This document shows, piece by piece, positions 60,086 to 64,000 of a stretch of 64,000 bases of DNA (its first letter is position 1; each line of letters opens with the position of its first letter). This DNA comes from a virus. Its lineage: Duplodnaviria; Heunggongvirae; Uroviricota; Caudoviricetes. The notes under the pieces are model-generated. The model was not told where the DNA came from. It worked only from the letters and a program-made list of their open reading frames with translations, and searched no databases. Location: the IMG/VR virus record IMGVR_UViG_3300046008_000242, positions 57,363 through 121,362 of that record; one strand, written 5' to 3'. The translations under genes were made by a program, and so were the position numbers.

Positions 60086-61806
60086 TGAGCGAAAATTTAT
60101 ATAACGATCTATCTGTTAAACGTAAAGAATTACAAACAAAAGGATATCTTCCTGAATGGTTTATTACTCCTGGATTACAATTATGGGAGGAGAAGTATGA
60201 ACACGATACAGAAACATCTGTAAAAGGACAATTTGGACGTATCGCTAGAACAGCTGCTTCTCATTTGCCGGAATCAATTAGACAATTAGCAAATGATAAA
60301 TTCTTTGAAATATTATGGAAAGGTTGGTTATCTCCTTCTACTCCAGTTATGTCAAACATGGGTACAAATAAGGGTTTAGTTGTTTCATGCGCGGGTTCTG
60401 TAATCGATGATTCTATTGATGGTTTCTATTCTTCATTAAGAGAATCTGCATTATTGACAAAATATGGATTTGGTACATCATCATATCTTGGCGACATTAG
60501 ACCAAGAGGAACTCCTATCGCTGCTGGAGGATTGGCATCAGGGGTGGTTCCGGTATTCGAAGATTTCGTTAACATGACCAATAAAGTCACGCAAGGTACA
60601 AGTCGTCGAGGTTCATGGGCTGGTTATCTTCCTATGGCTCATGGAGATTTTGATGAATTGTTAGACCATATTTCGGCGAATCCAGATGGTTCTAATGTTG
60701 GTTGGAACTTATATGATAAAGATGTTGGTAATTTGAATAGAGGAGAACAAGAAATTAATCGACGTTGGAAAAGAACCATGAAAACAAAAATGGTCAATGG
60801 TTCTGGATATTTCTTCTTTCCTGATAAAGCTAATAGAAGAGTTCCTGAATGTTATAAGAAACTTGGATTAACAGTTAAAGCCAGTCAATTGTGTAATGAG
60901 GTGGTTTTGGCTTCTGGTGTAGATCCAACAGATAATGAAAAAATCACATTTTCTTGCGTATTATCATCTATGAATGTTTCTTGGTATCATGATTGGAAAA
61001 ATACAGATGCGGTTTATTGGGCCACGATTTTCTTAGATTGCGTTGCTGAAGATTTCATCCAAAATGCAAAAGATATTAAAGGGTTAGAACAAGTCGTAAG
61101 ATTCACTGAAAGAGGTAGAGCCATAGGGATGGGTCAATGTGGCTTACATACATTATTCCAAGAAAATAATATTCCATTTGAATCATTAGATGCACATTAT
61201 CTGAATATGGAAATTGCTGAACATATCCATAAAGAAGCAAATAGAGCATCTGAATATCTAGCCGAATTGTTAGGTGAACCAGTTTGGTGTAAAGGAACAG
61301 GAAAACGTAATACACATCTAATCGCCGTTGCTCCAACAAAAAGTTCAGCTCTTATCCAAGGTGGAGTTTCTGAAGGTATCAATCCATATCCTTCTAACAC
61401 TTATGTCCAACAGACTGCTGCTGGTGAAGTTAATCGAGTAAATCCTACTTTATTGAAATTGATGAAATCGCGTAATGTATATAATGATGCTACGTTACAA
61501 TCAATTGTTGATAATTTTGGTTCTGTCCAACAAGTTGATTGGTTAGATGACCATGAGAAGAAAGTATTTAAGACCGCATTCGAGATCGACCAAAATATAT
61601 TGATTAGATACGCGTCTAATAGAGCAAAATACATTGACCAATGGCAATCTGTGAATTTGTTCTTTAGCGCAAATGCCGATCCAAAGTATATTTCTTCTGT
61701 GCATCAGAAGGCATTTAATGATGAAAACATTCTAGGATTATATTACATTTACAGTTCTGCGCATGATTCGAGTTCTACTCCAGTTACATGTGAATCCTGT
61801 CAATAG
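60085..61806 (+). CDS. nrdA: Ribonucleotide reductase class I alpha subunit
   Basis: STPV..N, VSC, SQLCNE, CVLSS, APT.SS, DQ.QS.N, YY, C-terminal CESCQ. Confidence 0.92.
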   Translation: MSENLYNDLSVKRKELQTKGYLPEWFITPGLQLWEEKYEHDTETSVKGQFGRIARTAASHLPESIRQLANDKFFEILWKGWLSPSTPVMSNMGTNKGLVVSCAGSVIDDSIDGFYSSLRESALLTKYGFGTSSYLGDIRPRGTPIAAGGLASGVVPVFEDFVNMTNKVTQGTSRRGSWAGYLPMAHGDFDELLDHISANPDGSNVGWNLYDKDVGNLNRGEQEINRRWKRTMKTKMVNGSGYFFFPDKANRRVPECYKKLGLTVKASQLCNEVVLASGVDPTDNEKITFSCVLSSMNVSWYHDWKNTDAVYWATIFLDCVAEDFIQNAKDIKGLEQVVRFTERGRAIGMGQCGLHTLFQENNIPFESLDAHYLNMEIAEHIHKEANRASEYLAELLGEPVWCKGTGKRNTHLIAVAPTKSSALIQGGVSEGINPYPSNTYVQQTAAGEVNRVNPTLLKLMKSRNVYNDATLQSIVDNFGSVQQVDWLDDHEKKVFKTAFEIDQNILIRYASNRAKYIDQWQSVNLFFSANADPKYISSVHQKAFNDENILGLYYIYSSAHDSSSTPVTCESCQ

Positions 61807-61860
61807 AATCTTATATTAAATACAATTAAATGAATACACATAAACCTAAAAGGAATTAAG

Positions 61861-62013
61861 ATGGCATCTGTTAAAAAGAATTTTGCTTGCGACCATTGCG
61901 ATGCGCAAGGATCTATTACAATTAAATCAAAGGATTTTTCTGAGAACGACATTAGAAGTTGTCCAATTTGTGGTACACCTTTGCTTGATGAAGTTGACGA
62001 AGATGAAGAGTAA
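61861..62013 (+). CDS. Small zinc-ribbon protein (50 aa)
   Basis: CDHC...CPICG with an acidic tail; terminator at about 62028-62064. Confidence 0.65.
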   Translation: MASVKKNFACDHCDAQGSITIKSKDFSENDIRSCPICGTPLLDEVDEDEE

Positions 62014-62100
62014 GTTGTAAAATAAACAAACCGATAGAGTTGAATGCTCTATCGGTTTTCTTTTGTTTGTAATATAATAAATGTTAAAAATGAGAAAATA

Positions 62101-62772
62101 ATGAAAATTAAAACAAACACATTCGAAGAAATTAGAAAAATGATAACAGAAATGCCTGAACATAGACCAGAAACAAAAGACCAATCTCCATGATTGATAT
62201 TTCAGCAGAAGGAGATGCTGGTAGATATATTTCGGATTCCACCGTACAACGTAAATTTGATATAATCAAACATGTTGAAAAGAAAGGAACAATGGATGCA
62301 TATGTAATTTTATTGACGAAAACAAAAGGAATGGCTGGGTGTATATTCCATCTATTCGTAAAGAAGATGGAGCTAAGATTTATTATGTTGCATGTTTGGT
62401 TAATTTTAAACATCCATTGATTGAAAAATTACCAAAAGAATTGAAACATAAAAACAATTACAAATATCAACCGTGGCAACTGTTCCGAATTTAGAGGGGA
62501 TGGGATTAGCGTCTGCTGTATATCAAGCGTTGGTTGACGATGGGTATGTTATTGTTTCGGATAGTGTACAATATGATGGTGGTAAACAATTATGGAAGAA
62601 ACTTTCTATATTACCATCTTTAAACGTATTTGTATACGATAACTTGACCAGAGATTTCATTAAGGATGATTCTGGTGAGATAATCAATTATAACACTAAA
62701 AATTTAACAGATGATAAAATATGGTTACCAAATTCTAAATGTAGAAGATTTATTTTGATTGCTCATAAATAA
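62101..62772 (+). pseudogene. GNAT-like gene of the 44957 family, broken by three frameshifts
   Basis: Pieces MKIKTNTFEE..ITEMPE / DISAEG.. / YIPSIRKEDGAK.. / QISTVATV..GMGLASAVY..SDSVQYDGGKQLW lie in successive frames. Confidence 0.65.
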
Positions 62773-62824
62773 TCCATCTAAAATTCTTCATATGTATTAC
62801 TATTATACATTGGAGAATACAAAT

Positions 62825-63244
62825 ATGTGGTTATATCAAGGAATTGAGTTGGATGAGATCCCAGAGGGTAAGATAGGATTTGTATATCTTATCACCAATA
62901 AGGTGGACAATAGAAAGTATATTGGAAAGAAACAATTCTATTCATTTACGTCATCTATGAAGACGGTTACATTGAAAAATGGAACTAAAAAGAAGAAACG
63001 AGTGAAGAAGAAAACGGAATCTGATTGGAAGACATACTTCTCAAGTTCAGACGATCTGAAAGCAGAAGTTGAACAATTAGGTGAGGATAATTACATTAGA
63101 GAGATATTACATTTATGTGGTAATCTTGGTAGTCTAGGATATCTGGAAGCAAGGGAGCAGATGGATAGACGAGTGTTAGAATCGGACGAATACTTGAATA
63201 GACAAATTCAATGTAGAGTCCATCAATTACATGTTAAAATATGA
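62825..63244 (+). CDS. GIY-YIG family protein
   Basis: GFVYLITN...RKYIGKK, ESDWK.Y.SS, REIL.LC, E..EQ. Confidence 0.8.
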   Translation: MWLYQGIELDEIPEGKIGFVYLITNKVDNRKYIGKKQFYSFTSSMKTVTLKNGTKKKKRVKKKTESDWKTYFSSSDDLKAEVEQLGEDNYIREILHLCGNLGSLGYLEAREQMDRRVLESDEYLNRQIQCRVHQLHVKI

Positions 63245-63714
63245 AAACTATAATTATGTTATTCTTACTAATTTTATCCGCTGATGTTGCTTCTAACGGC
63301 AAACCAAATCCTGTTTTAACTCCTGGAACAATTAATCCAAGTATATCTCAGGATAACATAGATGAAACTGTTTGCGTTCCTGGATATTCCTCCAAGATTA
63401 GACCTTCTTCAAGTTACACCAACAAATTAAAGAAACAACAGATTATTGAATACGGATATTCTGAAGTAGATACAAAACATTATGAAGAAGACCATCGAGT
63501 TCCATTAAGTGTAGCAGGTAATCCTACAGATCCACATAATCTATGGCCTGAACCTTGGGTTGGTGACAAATACTCAGCCAAAGAGAAAGACAAAATTGAG
63601 ACAGCGGTACATCGATTGTTATGTTCTGGTAAGATTACATTAAAACAGGCTCAACATGTATTCTTAGGAGATTGGACTATCGAGTATCCAAAATTATTAC
63701 AATCTTTAAAATAA
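63241..63714 (+). CDS. HNH-like protein with an N-terminal signal peptide
   Basis: Hydrophobic MKTIIMLFLLILSA; LTPG; YEEDH.VPL..AG...NLWPEP; KD..E...LC.G.ITL..AQ. Confidence 0.7.
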   Translation: MKTIIMLFLLILSADVASNGKPNPVLTPGTINPSISQDNIDETVCVPGYSSKIRPSSSYTNKLKKQQIIEYGYSEVDTKHYEEDHRVPLSVAGNPTDPHNLWPEPWVGDKYSAKEKDKIETAVHRLLCSGKITLKQAQHVFLGDWTIEYPKLLQSLK

Positions 63715-63716
63715 TT

Positions 63717-63752
63717 CTTTCGATGTAAAAGATAACCTTTATAATAGATTCT
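63717..63752 (+). promoter_or_regulatory. Phage promoter CTTTCGATG..TATAATAGATT
   Basis: Motif family with fixed spacing. Confidence 0.8.
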
Positions 63753-63794
63753 GAAGTTGAGGAATTCACTCTTAACTAAAACAAAGAAGGTTAT

Positions 63795-64000
63795 ATGAAA
63801 ACATTAAAAGAAGTTGCTGAATATAAATTTGGATATGAATCCACTAAAAACGAGGATTTCAAATCCATAGAAATTACATTAGATGAACAATTTCCGTACA
63901 TCGGATTCCCAGCAAGAATTATATCTTTATTAGATTCACATAATGATAAATCTTCGTATGAAATAATTGATGATAAAACATTATTGGTTAAATTTGACAA
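63795..64000 (+). CDS. Hypothetical protein, truncated by the window end
   Basis: AAGG RBS and ATG behind the promoter; frame is open to the end of the window. Confidence 0.55.
   Translation, partial: MKTLKEVAEYKFGYESTKNEDFKSIEITLDEQFPYIGFPARIISLLDSHNDKSSYEIIDDKTLLVKFD

Noticed and set aside
59096-61806. Introns or inteins in nrdB/nrdA, primase or thyX
   Set aside because: The ORFs are continuous and of ordinary or compact length with no intein motifs
1-64000. tRNA, rRNA, integrase, transposase or reverse transcriptase genes
   Set aside because: None recognised by eye; tRNAscan-SE and HMM searches were not run, so absence is not proven

Overview
AT-rich segment of a large T4-like (myovirus) phage genome. 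1-19 kb (minus strand) is a baseplate/tail structural operon: gp25-, gp6-, gp7- and gp8-like genes, a 3389-aa DUF4815/VrlC-like protein and a tail-fibre-like gene. 20-64 kb (mostly plus strand) holds replication, nucleotide-metabolism and accessory genes: T4-type RNase H, RNase HI, DenV, dCMP deaminase, PseT, MazG-like protein, C5 DNA methyltransferase, an aGPT-Pplase/amino-acid:DNA-transferase plus P-loop kinase pair, metacaspase, primase, ThyX and NrdAB. The most unusual element is a non-coding family of six ~450-475 bp units in two tandem arrays of three (about 19.1-20.3 kb and 38.7-40.0 kb). Each unit has clustered TCGA boxes, a fixed-spacing promoter of the same type used by the phage's own genes and a conserved 5' transcript start. 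Four units end in an intrinsic terminator ~170-180 nt downstream, so they look like arrays of small non-coding RNA genes or transcription-primed origins. Also notable are two paralogous HNH genes with variable 23-aa tandem repeats (one replacing the 5' part of phoH), a family of putative capsid-packaged proteins, and several apparently catalytically dead host-defence/regulator domains. All protein calls come from motif recognition by eye; no database search was run.
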